Notes: generated from the letters alone by a model not told the origin. A DNA stretch of 64,000 nucleotides from an uncultured delta proteobacterium (GCA_963804955.1 CAWDSQ010000007.1:256001-320000), one strand, 5' to 3'; counted from the first letter of the stretch, positions 41,600 through 54,479 are shown. Numbers and translations are program-made.

Positions 41600-42248
41600 T
41601 CAAAAACCAAGCCAGCGCGTCACCTCGTCAACAGAAGCCCGCACTGCGGGGAAAGTTGTTGAGCGGCGCTTCATCAGCGGGATAGCCAAGCGCAACGCCG
41701 CCCAGCAGCTCTCGGTCAGCAGGAATCCCGAGATGCTTTTTTATATCCCCGGCGCAGATGACCGTTACCGTCAGCCAGCAGGCGCCCAGGCCCCGGGCAT
41801 GGGCTGCGAGCAGAAAATTTTCAAGCGCAGCGGCAGTGCTGAGCTGATACTGGTTATCTGTGCCTTTATAGGAGACAAAATACACCGCAACGGGGGCGTC
41901 GAAAAAGCGGAGGCTTTTTTCAAATATCTCATTGGGGTTGATGCCCTCCTTTTCAGCCGTAGCGATCATCACGTCAAGCACCTCCTGCTGCCGCGACTTC
42001 AGCGGCTCGGGGGGATCTCCAAAGGCATTGCCATCCTGCAAGCGCTTAAAAAAATTCTCCTCAGTAATGGCATTGACAGCCTCAAGCGCGGAGCCGGTCA
42101 GCACAATAAACTCCCAGGGCTGCTGATTGGTGGCGCTGGGAGCCCAGGTGGCAGCCTCCAGGCATTCTGCTATAAGCTCCCGGGGCGGCATGCGCCGGTC
42201 AAATACGCGAATGCTTCGTCGCTGGCGCATAACATCAAGAATATCCAT
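41600..42248 (-). CDS. Nitroreductase-family protein
   Basis: RRSIRVF, APSATNQQPWEF, LAAHARGLGACW, LGYP. Confidence 0.9.
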
Positions 42249-42314
42249 GGCGGCTCCTTTTTTTTCTGTTCAAAACAGAACAGGGGATGAAGCATCATCC
42301 CCTGTTCTGTACAT

Positions 42315-45096
42315 CTATAGCCTACTGGTCACTGGAAAACACAACTTTTTCCAACCGGCTCTGTCGCTGCGGTTGCTGCTGCCGGCACGCAGCGTCTTCA
42401 GCAGGGCAAAAATACCCGGACGGGCGGCAACGGCGTTGTGGAGCGTTGCAGTGCCGTCTGCAGCAATATCCTCAATTTTATAATAATATTTAATGCCGCT
42501 TAGCGCTCCCCTGTCTTCATATACATACGAATCACCCTCACCGCCCGCTACCGGTGGCGGCAATCAGCTCGTCATTTATCTTTTTAAACGTGCCGTTCTT
42601 GCCGACTGCACGATACACATTAAAGCCCGAAATATCATTCTCGCGGGCCGTCGTCCACTTCAGTGTCACCTTGAACAGTCCCGCCTGAGCGGTAAACGCG
42701 GCAAGGCTCACGTCCTTGAAATGATCGATGGCCGCAATGCTGTCGTCAAGCAGGCGCTCCATATAGCCGGGGTTGTGTATGCCGAAGCTGCGGTCATTCA
42801 GAACAAGGCTGAAGTTCAGATAGGCATGCTTGAGAACCTCATCGGTCGACTCCTCGATAAAGGGCAGATTGCTGCCGCGGTGGCAGGTTGCGCATTTGCC
42901 GGGCTGGAACGGCGGCATAAAGCCGCTGTTGGCCGTTTTCAGGCTCTGCTCAAGCTCTTTGAGCTTGGTCTTGAGGCTCGACTGCAGGCCGTTGCGGTCA
43001 AAGGTGTCAAGGCCGGGATGGCACTGCTGGCACACCGTTATATTGAGCATATCATCGGCTGTGCCCGGATCGCCGTCCGGGCCCACATCGCGCATCCGCA
43101 TGCCGTGGCTGCCCACAATGCGAATGCTGTTGTTGTCCGTAGCGGCAATATCCCCGGCCATATGGCACAAAACGCAGCCCTTGGTCATTATGGTGCGGGT
43201 TTTTTTCTTCCTGATACTCGGAGTAATCGCCCCAGTGATAGCCATTACCGATCTCATCGGCTGTGCCGGTATAGGTCGCGTTCTGCCATTTCTTTTCATG
43301 GCAGGTCACGCACAGCTCGGCGCTGGCCTTGCGGGTGCCGGAGGGGTTTTCAGCTGTCTGCACATGGGGATCATGGCATACGTCGCAGCCCACATTGGGC
43401 GTATCAGAGGGCACATCGGTGCTAAGCATGGGATAGCGGAACTTGTCGAAGCTTTTGCGGGAGTTTGCCGCGCCGATGAACCCCTGCGTGTAATGGCATT
43501 TATAGCAGTTGCCCCGAAGGGCGGATGACACTTCGGCATGGCCGAAGGCCAGCGGGTCTGAGTGGCGCGATTTCTGCCACTGGGCAAACTCCTGGTGGCA
43601 GGTGCCGCACAGGCCGGGCCAGTGGGTTATGGAAATGCGCGGCGGGATCGCCCTTATGCAGGCTGCCCGGACCATGGCAGGTTTCGCATCCTACGCCGGC
43701 TCCGGCATGCTTGGTGTCTTTATAGGTTGCGTAGGTGTCGCCGTGGCATTTGGCGCAGGCCTCCGTACCGATGTCCTCTGCAATGTACACGGTGACAGTG
43801 GCCGGCTGGCTCATGTCGCCGGCATCGCCCGTGACGACAAGACTTGCCGTAAACATGTCGCCACTTTTCGCATCGGCAGGAACCATAAACCATGTATTTT
43901 CAGACGACGCATTATCAAGAAGGCCGGTGCGGTCAGTCCCTGCGCTGTCCGCAAGCGTCCAGGCAAAACCGAAATCAGACTGGCTCCAGTCGCCGTTCTT
44001 GTTTCCGTAAACATCAAACAGCGGGCTTGCCGTCTCATGGCTGTAGGCTCTCGGGTTGTAGTCCTCCGGCGACGGCATATTATTGTCTTCGCCCCAGCCC
44101 CGCAGATACACCTTGTCTCCGGGCTTGACAGCCCTCAGGCCCTTTGTCTCGGACAGAACCGTTCCGTTATAAATGAGGGGCAGTTCAGAGGGGCCGGGAA
44201 TGACGGAGGGGAATGCCAGGGGCAGATCATTTACCATGGTAATGGTATCGATCGCCTCGCTCCCCACGCCCTTGCTGTCGATAATCATCATGGCGAAGGT
44301 GTAGTCGCCGGGAAGGGTGGGGATAAAGCTGGTGCTCGATGATTTTATCAGCTCGGCGCCGTCGGGCTTATCAACCAGGGCAACATAAATTGTATTCAAA
44401 TATTTCAGAAGAAGATTGCTTGGATCAAGCCCAACCGAATTGCCATAGAAGTTCTTGGTTGGATTAATCTTGAAGCGCAGGGATGTTCTGCCTTTTTTTA
44501 TGCTGAAATCACGCAGGACAGCGTCGCCTGCGGCAAGAGGCAAGTCTTCTGAGACCTGATAATAGCTATCTGCAACCGCACGTATGCTGTAATCCCCCTC
44601 AGATGCCGACAGCTCGTACTGGCCCAGGCTGTCCGTATGGGTTGCCGCAACAGTTTCCATGGCTCCCAGCCTTTCTTCAACCAGCGCCACCATGGCGCCG
44701 GCAACGGGTGCGCCTTGTATATCGGTTACCGTGCCGCTGACAGAGACCGATTTTTTTATGGGCATGCTGACCTGCGTCGTTGCGCCGGTCTCTACCCAGA
44801 TGAAACCGGTGCGGCCGGTGCCGTATTTGTCTTCGGTATAGCCCGCAGCCGTGACCGTCACGCTGTAGTTGCGGTAGGGAATGATATCGGTGAAAAGCAC
44901 GGTGCCGTTATCATCGGTGACTGCGCTGTAGTTGCCCGGCTGCATGAGCACCGTCGCGCCTGCAACCGGGCTCGGAACTGTAAAAGTCCTTCACCGACAC
45001 CTGCACGCTGCCCGGGGTGTACGCATGGGCTGCGCAGAAGGACATAAGCATCAGCACTGCGGCGCACATCATTTTCATTGTCGTTCTCTTCAGCAT
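42315..45096 (-). CDS. Large secreted multiheme c-type cytochrome with N-terminal carboxypeptidase-regulatory-like beta domains, frameshifted
   Basis: Signal peptide and VSGTVTD..GAPVAGA.V domain; nine CxxCH (CAKCH, CETCH, CGTCH, CYKCH, CDVCH, CVTCH, CVLCH, CQQCH, CATCH). Confidence 0.8.
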
Positions 45097-45252
45097 GACT
45101 CCTCCCTTTGTGTGTTTTTGTATCCCGGTTTGATCTTACTATACTGCATTATCAGTCGCAATGGCTAAACCACACAAGTTTTTGGCCACGGTGAACACAT
45201 TTATATACATTTAACATCGAATGCCTCGTTATGCCCATTACCTGCGTCATAA

Positions 45253-45853
45253 TCAGAAACATCCCGATACCGCCCTGCTCTGTGCCGCTTCAGAAACATC
45301 CCGGCTGACATGTGGCAGGCCGAGGGAGTCGGCAAGGCGGCAAATTCTGGCATAAAACTCCGCAGGAGGCAGGCCGGAAACAATGCTTCCCTGCAGAAGT
45401 GCTGTTTCCGCTCTTGCCGCCTGACCATAATTAATCGCCGCTGCCATATAGGCTGTTACCAGACACAGCGCTTCAAGGTTCTCCTGAAGCCGTGGATCAA
45501 CATGCAGGCGGCACTGCTGCTCCGCACCCCGGCCAGCAGGGAACGGCTCGGCGAACTGATGCGCTTCCAGGCCTTCACGGCTGAACACAAGCTCCGTCGG
45601 GATAGCGCAGGCAGTGCGGATCAGTGAGAAATCTGTGCAGATTTGCCGGATTCAGCCCCTGCCCAAGCGCATGCCGTGCCCGCAATGCCGCGCAGCGTGC
45701 ATGCTCGGCAAGAGCGCTGCTGAATGCAGTCACTGAAGCTAACGTCTGTGTCGGCCACAGCTCTCCCTGTTTAATGGTGGCTGACGAAAACCCTCGCCAT
45801 GATTTCGCTGGGCTATAACTCAATCTCAAAAAAGTGCCGTTTATAACCTACAT
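45253..45853 (-). CDS. Hypothetical protein, frameshifted
   Basis: Joined ORFs 45575-45829 and 45253-45588, co-oriented within the operon. Confidence 0.45.
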
Positions 45854-45872
45854 GCTCTCCCTGCCGGTGCGA

Positions 45873-47310
45873 CTACGGCTTTTTTATCTCCTTTTGAGGC
45901 TCGTGCTTCTTTGCCATAGTTCCGCCCCCTGATGCATTCAACCATTTATGATTATCGGTTTTCAGCAGCTCGCTGATTTTCTGTTGCAGTTTGCCTGCCG
46001 CCTCTTTTTTGACCGGATCATCTGAATGCAGTCCTTTTTCCGCCAGTTCCTCAAGCTCGGGGAGAAACTCCGTATAGAAATTACGACCGACCTCATAGGT
46101 TCCGTGCCAGTGAGTATAATCAGGCGCCATCATGGAAGCTCCGTGCCGCGCCCGGCGGCCTTCATGATGCCAGAGCTCAAACCAGACAAAATCAAGCTTG
46201 CTTGAAAACTGCGGTTTCTTTAACAGCGGCTTGGCAATCTCCATAAGAGCCGCTCCCGGCTTTGCAAATTTATCATGATACAGTTCGATAAGGGAATCAT
46301 ACTGTATATAAAAATTGTCCACCCAGGGCTTGGCATGACAGCTCATGCACACCTCCTGCATGCTGCTTCGCCTTTTCTCCCAGCCGATCTTTGCGGTTTC
46401 AAGCCCCAGCTTTTCATCGGCCGCCTCCGGCCGTATGGACAATACAGGCCTGTTGTTCCAGCTGATACGCAGGCCCACGTCATGGGTGACCGGCTGCTTG
46501 ATCGTTGCGCTCATATGACAGGTTGCGCAGGTCGGCCCGGCGCTGTAATCTTCGCCCGGCACCCACTTGGAGTTTTCCATATTCATCTTGTCGACATTGG
46601 CTCTGAAGGCAATGCCGTGCTTTGATTCATTGTAAATTTCCATCTGAGGGTGATCAGGGCCAAGGTGGCACTTGCCGCAGGTATCCGGAAAGCGGGCCTG
46701 GGCCGCAGAAAACATATGCCGCGAATGGCACGCGGAGCAGGATCCCTCTGAGCCGTCAGGATTAATCCTGCCGATCCCCGTGTTGGGCCAGGTTGCCGGG
46801 TCAAGCTTGCCGTTTTCCAGCACTTTCACCTCGCTTCCATGGCATTGCCAGCAGCCGTTTACTGCGGCTGATGAATTGCCGCCCGGAAAACCCGGCGTTT
46901 TAAAAGCCCTGTTGCCTTCAACGACTTCAGCCAGGGTATTGTCAAGGGAGCCGAGAATCCTGCCTGCCTTTGCATGATGAGACCCGGCAAACTCCTTCAC
47001 TTCCTGCTCATGGCAGCGGCGCGCAGTCGCGCGGGCTCACAATAACCGCTATGATCTGGCCTTCATGCTTCTGCGCATCCTTGTCTCCGGGCTCAGCCTT
47101 GTGACATTCATAGCAGCCCACATTGCCGCGAAAATGCTTGCTTGCGCCCCACTGCTCATAGATGACGGGTGTTTCTTTCTTATGGCACTCAATACATTTT
47201 TTCGATTCAGCCGACAGCTCGGTCAGCGTATAGCCGGCAACCGACGTGCCTGCCGCAACCTGCGCCACAAAAAGCAGTACCGCAACCAGTGTACCGATAT
47301 TTTTTATCAT
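45873..47310 (-). CDS. Octaheme Hao-like cytochrome c (epsilon-Hao type), one frameshift
   Basis: Signal peptide; CIECH, CYECH, CxxCH broken at the frameshift, CWQCH, CSACH, CGKCH, CATCH, CMSCH; GPDHPQ.EIY.ESKHG; HHEGRRARHGASMMAPDYTHWHG. Confidence 0.85.
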
Positions 47311-47336
47311 CGCACCAGCTCTCCCTTTATATAAAG

Positions 47337-48560
47337 TTATCCTGTATGCACCGTATGCTTGAACTCGCCTGACAAAATCGGCACGGCAAGATGGACCATC
47401 CATGAATACAGTAGAAATTCCGAAGGCCCATATGCCGATGCAGATCCATGTTTCATTCCAGGTGGGAAAGTACTCAACAATCTCCCCCAGCGGGGTCGGC
47501 AGAAAACCGGGAACAATCAGCCCCATGCCCTTTTCGATCCAAATCCCCAGAAAAGCCAAAACACAGGCGACATTTAATAAGCTCATCTTTCTGGCCAGGG
47601 GCGGAACAATTAAAATAAAGGCCGCGACTATTTCCGCTGCAATGGCGGACCATATCCACGGAACCAGCGCAACGTGACCGTGCAGGCCGAACAGCAGGTA
47701 GCGGGCAGCGCTGGTATGGACGGAATCAGAATAAAACTCTTTAAACACCTCGCATCCCAGCAAAAAAAGATTTACCAGCAGCGATACGGTTACAACCTGG
47801 CGGAGCATCTGCAGCGCCTCATCACGTATCGTGTACTTTGTGTACCGCCGCACGATCTGAAAGGCCACAATCATGAGGCCCGGCCCTGCGGTAAAGGCGG
47901 ACCCGATAAACCGCGGGGCGACAATAGCGGCATTCCAGAACGGGCGGCCCACCAGGCCTACATACAGGAAAGCCGTTACCGTATGAATGCTGATGGCCCA
48001 TAAAATAGCGATCAGCACAAAGGGCAGATACATCAGCGCTGCCGGCTTTCGCTGCAGGTATTTCATGTACAGCAGATACCCGCAGATGTGCACATTCAAA
48101 AAAAGGTAACCGATTAAAACAACAACATCCCAGGAAAGCATGGATATGGGAAAGTTGAATACGCCGATACCCGGCACCAGATGCCAGAAGCGGTCTACCC
48201 TGCCCAGATCAACGTTAACAAACAGCAGGCACATGATGATGGCGGCAATGGCAAGCAGTTCGCCCAGAATGACGACATCATGGAGATGTTCGTTTTTATA
48301 AATATATGCGGGGATTACCAGCATGACCGCTGCTGCCGCAAGGCCGACAATAAAGGTAAAATTTGCGATATAGACGCCCCAGGACACCTGATCCGTCATC
48401 CCGGTTAAGGCCAGACCGAAAACCGTCTGCCGGGCATAGGCATGAAGGCCGATGAAGCAGAGCACGGTCAGAAAAGGTCATCCAGCAGTAATACCGCGGG
48501 CTGCCGTAGAAAGCTCAGCCGTATCGCCCTCCACAAAAACATCTGGTAACTGCGCATCAT
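47337..48560 (-). CDS. NrfD/DsrP-family membrane quinol-interacting subunit, frameshifted
   Basis: TGMTDQVSWGVYIANFTF, DLGRVDRFWH, SIHTVTAF, WIEKGMGLIVPGF. Confidence 0.9.
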
Positions 48561-48571
48561 GATTGATCCGT

Positions 48572-49545
48572 CTACTTGTCGAAAAAATAATAAAACCGGG
48601 GTATGGTGCCGAGTTCTTCTTTCAAGAATATAGACGCGTTTTTCCCTTAAAATATAATTAACAGGGCTTGCGGGATCGGCCACATTGCCGAACACCCGCG
48701 AGCCTGTGGGGCATACTTCCAGACAGGCAGGATACAGGCCCTGTGCGGACACGCCTGAGGCAAAAGGTGCACTTTTCGATCACGCCCCGCGGTCGTGATG
48801 CGGTTGCCCAGATAGGCCATATCCAGGGTAATGTCCTCCCCGGGCAGAGAGGGCCTGCTGAAGTTGAACCGGCGGGCCCAGTACGGACATGCGGCCTCGC
48901 AGTAGCGGCAGCCGATGCACCAGTTGTAATCAACGACAACAATCCCGTCAGGCTCCTTCCAGGTGGCCTTCACCGGGCACACCTTGGTGCAGGGCGCCTT
49001 TTTACACTGCTGGCACTGAACCGGCATATAGTATTTGTTTTTTTGCGGCACTGTTTCAGGATTGAAGTAATGGTCGGATTTTTCCGGATCAATTGACCCC
49101 TTTTCCATTTCAAGAACCCTGATGTACTGGATCGCCGGATCGCGGGAGGTGTTGTTTTCCTTCATGCAGGCATACACGCATCTCCGGCAGCCGATACACC
49201 GGCCAAGATTCAGCGCATAGGCATATTCCACTCCGCTCAGGGGCTTAGGGTCAGCCACCGTTGCCGTAACGCCGTAATCAGCCTCAATCTCTTTTTCGAT
49301 GCGTCGCAGTATGTTGTTCATCTCATCAGGGGTGAGGCGCTCATAATGGTTTTGCAGAAACTCATCCAGGCTGATCGTGCCGCTGCAGACTCACGAAGGG
49401 GCGACAGCGCCCACCCCAACGCAGCTGCCGCGGCGGTTGCATTGACGCCTATTTTCATAAAGCTTCGCCTGGTGAGGGGGGCGGTGGTTATCTGCTCGAT
49501 TGAGCGGATTCCGGCGCCCTGAGCCTTGCGCACGTTCACGCTCAT
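48572..49545 (-). CDS. NrfC/DsrO-like 4Fe-4S protein with Tat signal, frameshifted
   Basis: TRRSFMK, CIGCRRCVYAC, CQQC..APC..VCP, CIGCRYCEAACP, EKCTFC, PAC..VCP. Confidence 0.88.
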
Positions 49546-50171
49546 TCATGCAGGGCCCCTTTCTTCAGGTGCGGCGAGCCGGCGCTTACCGGTGGCGGCA
49601 TGGGCGCCAAAGCCTTAAAAGCCGGCTGATGCGGATCATGACATTGAATGCAGACAAGCTTTGTTGACGGGCCCTGCCGGATATCCCAAAAGCCGTTCAT
49701 CCTGCCATGAACGCCCTCTTTCCAGTCGCGATATATGGTGCCGTGACATTTTGCGCACAGGAGGACCGGCTTGTCCTGAGGAATCTCGCGCCCCTCGTGA
49801 TCCACGTATGATCCCCGTATGTCCGGGTGATGACAGGCCAGACACCCCAGGTCCTCGCCGTGATTGAGCTTTATATGTGTATGTTCGCCGGCGGGATTGT
49901 TTGATCTAACGGGCGTCTTAAAATCTTTATGGCATTCACTGCACTGGTAGGTAAAGCCGGTGCGATCAAGGCTCAGCGGTTTTGGCAGCCCCCGCACCGG
50001 CGTCGTATCCAGCCAGTTTTGCTGCCCGGCAAAGCTCAGGGGTTTTTCAGATGATGCAGCGATTGAGGGCTGATCTGCTCCCATGACTGGATGGAAGACA
50101 AAAAAATCCTCCAAAAACAGCCAGCATGCTTACATAACAAAAGATATCTTTCAAAACAGATCACCGGGCAT
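49542..50171 (-). CDS. Small tetraheme c-type cytochrome (start uncertain)
   Basis: CSECH, CLACH, CAKCH, CIQCHDPH. Confidence 0.85.
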
Positions 50172-50184
50172 TGTGTTTACCAAA

Positions 50185-51164
50185 CTAAAAGCTACCCCGT
50201 TCAGAATTCAGTTCCGACAAAGAAGCTGCTGTTTTCTCAGCATTACCGGCAAAGGGTGGAACTGCACTATCTGGCATGTCCCCACTGCAATCAGGCAAGG
50301 ACTTCAACGCCGACCTTGCGGACCATTTCATGAAACGATATTTCTTTTTTATCAACAGGATACTGTCGATATATGTCCAAGCGTTTTTCAAGAATATGCA
50401 CAACCCCTCCAGCATCGGTCTGTTGAGCAACGGTCCGGGCAATCCGGGGATGCCGCGACCCCGTGCCGCCGGCGACGACCTTGTAGCCTTTCTCCTTCGT
50501 GAAAATAACTTCTTTTTTACATTCTTTTTCACAGCCTCCGCACAGAACGCACCGCGCATAGTCAATGACGGGGTTGCCGTCCTGAAGCGTTATGGCGCCT
50601 TCAGTGCAATACCTGACGCAGGCCTGACATTGGGTGCAGCCCTCAGCTCTTGACCGCAGGCCGCAACTGGCAGATGATGCCGAAATCGTTAAAATACGGG
50701 GACATGCAGCAGTTGGGGCAGCCGATAATGGCTATGCGAAACACGTGGTGCGACATAAGGGGGGTGCGCGCCTTTTCAATAACAATACGGGTAGCGTTAA
50801 GCTGCCTGAGCTTTTCCCGCAGGGGCACAAGCACGGCAAGCATCATCTCGCGCTTCTCGGCCGTGCAGGCGCCGTACTTTGCCGGACAGAGCTCGATCTT
50901 GAAAAGCTCACCGTCATCATCTTCAAAAAAAGCATCAGGCAGGCCGACATCCTCGCCCCGTCCCATGCGGCGAACCACCTCGGTCGCCTCAGGCCCAAAG
51001 ACGCGCCCATAGCCTTTTTCGGTTGCTTGAGCAATTGCTGCCGTGACCTTAGCCAGCCCCTTCTGCAGCGCCCGGCGCTCTGCATCAAGGCGCACAAACT
51101 GCGCCATCATGGGCGGTACGGCAATATCTGCAAGTATGTCTTCAGCCTCTTTTTCCCATTCCAT
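50185..51164 (-). CDS. Fe-S protein with PCP-reductase-like N-terminus, nitrite/sulfite-reductase-like GCPNCC motif and ferredoxin domain, frameshifted
   Basis: MEWEKEAE...VPPMM..FVR, IAIIGCPNCC..PYFNDFGI, then CxxCxxCxxxC-like segments. Confidence 0.65.
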
Positions 51165-51194
51165 GCTTTCATGCTCCTGCAGCGTGCCGATGTT

Positions 51195-51923
51195 TTATTC
51201 CTGCCGCCGCTCCACAATATCGCCGCCAACACTCACAACAACGGTTTCCAGCGGCACTGATGCGCCTGCCGCCTTCAGGCCCGCCTTGACGATCTGCGGC
51301 ATGCCCTGACAGCACGGAACCTCCATAACGACAACCGTGACGCTCTTTATATCATTCTGTTTGAAAATTTCTGTAAATTTGTCAACGTACAGCTCCCGGT
51401 CGTCAAGTTTCGGACAACCCATAAGCAAAACCCTGCCCTGCAGAAAGTCGCGATGAAATCCCGCATGGGCAAACGCCGTACAGTCCGAGGCGACCAGCAG
51501 GTCGGCGCCCTTGAGAAACGGCGCATGGGGAGGCACAAGGCGCAGCTGAACCGGCCAGGTGGAAAGCGCCGATACGCTCACTGACGGCTCCGCTGCAAGC
51601 CCGGCTTTCGGCTCAATATGCCGCACAGCAGCCGACGGGCATTGACACGAGGGGCCGGGGCTGCCTGAACGAGCGCTGTGAACTTTCAGATGCCGGGCAA
51701 CAGCCTCCTCGTCAAAATCGTCGGCTTCACGCACAACAATTTTCAGCGCGTCCTGCGGGCACTCGCCGATGCAGTTGCCCAGGCCGTCGCAGAAAACATC
51801 GGAAATCACCTGCGCCTTGCCGTCAACAATGGCGATGGCTCCTTCGGCGCAGGCGCTCACGCAATCGCCGCAGCCATTGCAGCGCTCCCGATCAATTTCG
51901 ATGATGTTGCGCTTTACTTTCAT
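51195..51923 (-). CDS. 4Fe-4S binding protein of the type often found beside hcp
   Basis: CNGCGDCVSACAEGAI, CDGLGNCIGECP, WPVQL, ASDC, GCPKLD, MEVPCC. Confidence 0.88.
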   Translation of the reverse strand: MKVKRNIIEIDRERCNGCGDCVSACAEGAIAIVDGKAQVISDVFCDGLGNCIGECPQDALKIVVREADDFDEEAVARHLKVHSARSGSPGPSCQCPSAAVRHIEPKAGLAAEPSVSVSALSTWPVQLRLVPPHAPFLKGADLLVASDCTAFAHAGFHRDFLQGRVLLMGCPKLDDRELYVDKFTEIFKQNDIKSVTVVVMEVPCCQGMPQIVKAGLKAAGASVPLETVVVSVGGDIVERRQE

Positions 51924-51946
51924 CGGGTTCTGCTTTCTGCTGTATC

Positions 51947-52742
51947 TTACATACCGCACATAAAGTTTAGAAAAAAATCTGCTACTGTCTCAAGCCTGCG
52001 AGGAACCTGCAGCTCAAAAACCTCCCTGGCAACACGTTTTCCGGAGGCTGTCAGCATACGCGATTCAATAAGCGCCGCCAGCTTCTCCGGCTCCCGGGGC
52101 TTCTCAATATCGCCCTCCTGAATATTGACGATCAGGTCGGCATCATAGAGGACCTTGAAATTGGATGTCTCAACCGGGCCGCGGATGATGGTGGTGGCCG
52201 ATGATGTCGCACACCTCATCGGTGAGCGCGGGCTCAGCATGCAGCCCCATCAGGATGCCCCGCGCCGTGAGGGGGCCGAGCTCTTCCTGGTATTTTGCGG
52301 CAGTGCTCCCGTAGAGCTTCTCGGCATCCTTGATGCCGATGTCATGGAGATAGGCGGCTGTCAGCACCACGGCCGCGTCGGCCTCCTGCCCCTCGGCTAT
52401 CTTTTCTGCAAAATGAGCCACCTTTTCGGCATGCCTGATGCGGCGCTCGTCGTCGCCGAAAAACGCCCGCATTTCGCAGGCCACGCGCTCGGCAAAAAGA
52501 TGCTTCTGCTTTGCAAGCACTTCAGGCGGCATGTCCTTAAGGCACTGCGCCGCAAACTTGCAGTACGTGGCGCAGCCGAAGTCAAGGTTCGGGTTTGTAA
52601 CCCTGGCCCCGCAGCCCTTGCACCGCCGCACGGCATCGTCCTTGAAAAACTCCACGGTCTTGCCGCATGCGGGGCATGGGGCTTCAAATATGTCTGTCGG
52701 TTTCCAGTACCGTGTGTCCTGACCGGGGCATTTCATTGGCAT
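51947..52742 (-). CDS. Zn-ribbon plus HD-domain phosphohydrolase, frameshifted
   Basis: KCPGQD...CPACG...CKGCG; RRIRHA...YLHDIG...HHH...YDAD. Confidence 0.8.
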
Positions 52743-52846
52743 CTCTCCGTTAATTCAAGATTCAGGATTGCAGGGGCGTATGGCCATACGCCCCTGCGGA
52801 ATATTATAATATCCCTGAAGTCCGCATTCCTCAATCCGCAGTTGTG

Positions 52847-54479
52847 TTATCCCAGTATCGCCTTCAGGTCCGCATCGGGCGTGCTGATAGGCTTGATATC
52901 AAAAGTCTTTACAAGCACATCCAGCACCCCCGGCGTAATGAATGCCGGCAGTGACGGCCCCAGACGAATGTCCTTTATGCCGAGATGCAGCAGGGTCAGC
53001 AGTATGGCCACGGCCTTCTGCTCATACCATGACAGCACCATCGACAGGGGCAGATCATTCACCCCGCAGTTGAAAGCGCCTGCCAGGGCCACGGCAATCT
53101 GCACCGCAGAGTAGGCGTCATTGCACTGGCCGATGTCAAGCAGGCGCGGAATCCCGCCGATATCGCCAAGGTCTTTGTCGAAAAACCTGAACTTGCCGCA
53201 GGCAAGGGTCAGCACCACGCAGTCTTTGGGCACCTTCTCCACAAATTCGGTGTAGTAGTTGCGGCCGGGCTTGGCGCCGTCGCAGCCCGCCACCAGAAAG
53301 AAATGCCTGATGGCCTTGCTCTTTACCGCGTCGATCACCGCTCCTGCCACGCCCATGACAGCATTGCGGGCAAAGCCGACCATGACCGATTTGCCCTCTT
53401 TGTCCTCGGTGAATCCGGGCAGCTCCAGCGCCTTTTTGATAACCGGGGTATAGTCATGCCCCGTGATATGCGCCACACCCGGCCAGCCGACCATGCTGGT
53501 CGTGAAAATATTGCCCTTATAGCTCTCGGCAGGCCGCTGGATGCAGTTGGTGGTCATAAGGATAGCGCCCGGAAATTCCGTAAACTCCTTGAGCTGGTTC
53601 TGCCATGCCGTGCCATAGTGGCCGTAAAAATGGCTGTATTTTTTCAGTGCCGGATAGCCGTGAGCAGGGCAGCATCTCGCCATGCGTATACACAGTAATG
53701 CCCTTCCCCTCGGTCTGCTTCAAAAGCTCCGCAAGGTCCTTCAAGATCATGGCCCGATACAAGAATCGCTTTGCCTTTCTTTACACCCAGGGGCACCTTT
53801 GTGGGCACGGGATGGCCGTAGGCGCCCGTATTGGCCGCATCCAGAAGCTCCATCGCGCGCAGGTTGATCTCGCCGGTTTTTAGAGCAAGGGCCACCCACT
53901 CATTGGCGCCAAGGCTCTGTATTGAAGGGGGCAGCAAGGGCCTCATACAGAAAATTATAGACCTTTTCATCCTCCTGCCCGAGCACCTGTGCATGATCGG
54001 CATAGGCTGCAACGCCCTTGATGCCGAACAGCACGATATGCTGGAGCGACAGCAGGTCGGCCGGAACCGAGGGGTCTGACTTGAGACCAACGGCAGCGCC
54101 CTGCTCGATCAGGCCGTTCAGGTCAGCCGCGGGTTTAAAGGCAGCAGCGGGCTCCGTTATAGTCGGCGCCGGTTTTGGCCTTGAGCTGTTCGCGCAGCTC
54201 CACTGCCTTTTTGATATAGGCCGGAAAACGGTCGGGGTCAAAATTCACGTTTGTGAGGGTGGCAAACAGGGCCTCGGCGGTAAATACGTCCTGGCCGGGA
54301 ATTTTAACGCCCTTCTTGATACCCTCAAGGGCATAAAGCGCAAGGCCCCGCAGGGCATGCACGAGCAGATCCTGAAGTGCCGCCACGTCGGGAGATTTGC
54401 CGCAGACGCCGCCGACGGTGCAGCCTTCGCCTTTTGCGGTCTGTTCACACTGGTAACAAAACATATTTTTCTGTGCCAT
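52847..54479 (-). CDS. hcp: Hybrid cluster protein (hydroxylamine/NO reductase), frameshifted
   Basis: MFCYQCEQT...GVCGK, YTHGEML, MTTNC, GCDG, LACGKF, GQCND, SWYEQKA. Confidence 0.95.

Noticed and set aside
47008..48465. Apparent NrfD-cytochrome fusion ORF
   Set aside because: An internal RBS, Met and signal peptide at 47310 and a natural NrfD end near 47337 in another frame indicate a frameshift artefact.
16926..54479. Many frameshifts in lon, clpX, tig, ubiD, bioD, the flavodiiron gene, hcp and others, read as programmed frameshifting or genome decay
   Set aside because: They are single-base indels spread across conserved housekeeping genes without matching substitution decay, which is typical of uncorrected long-read consensus error. 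Short-read polishing would settle it.
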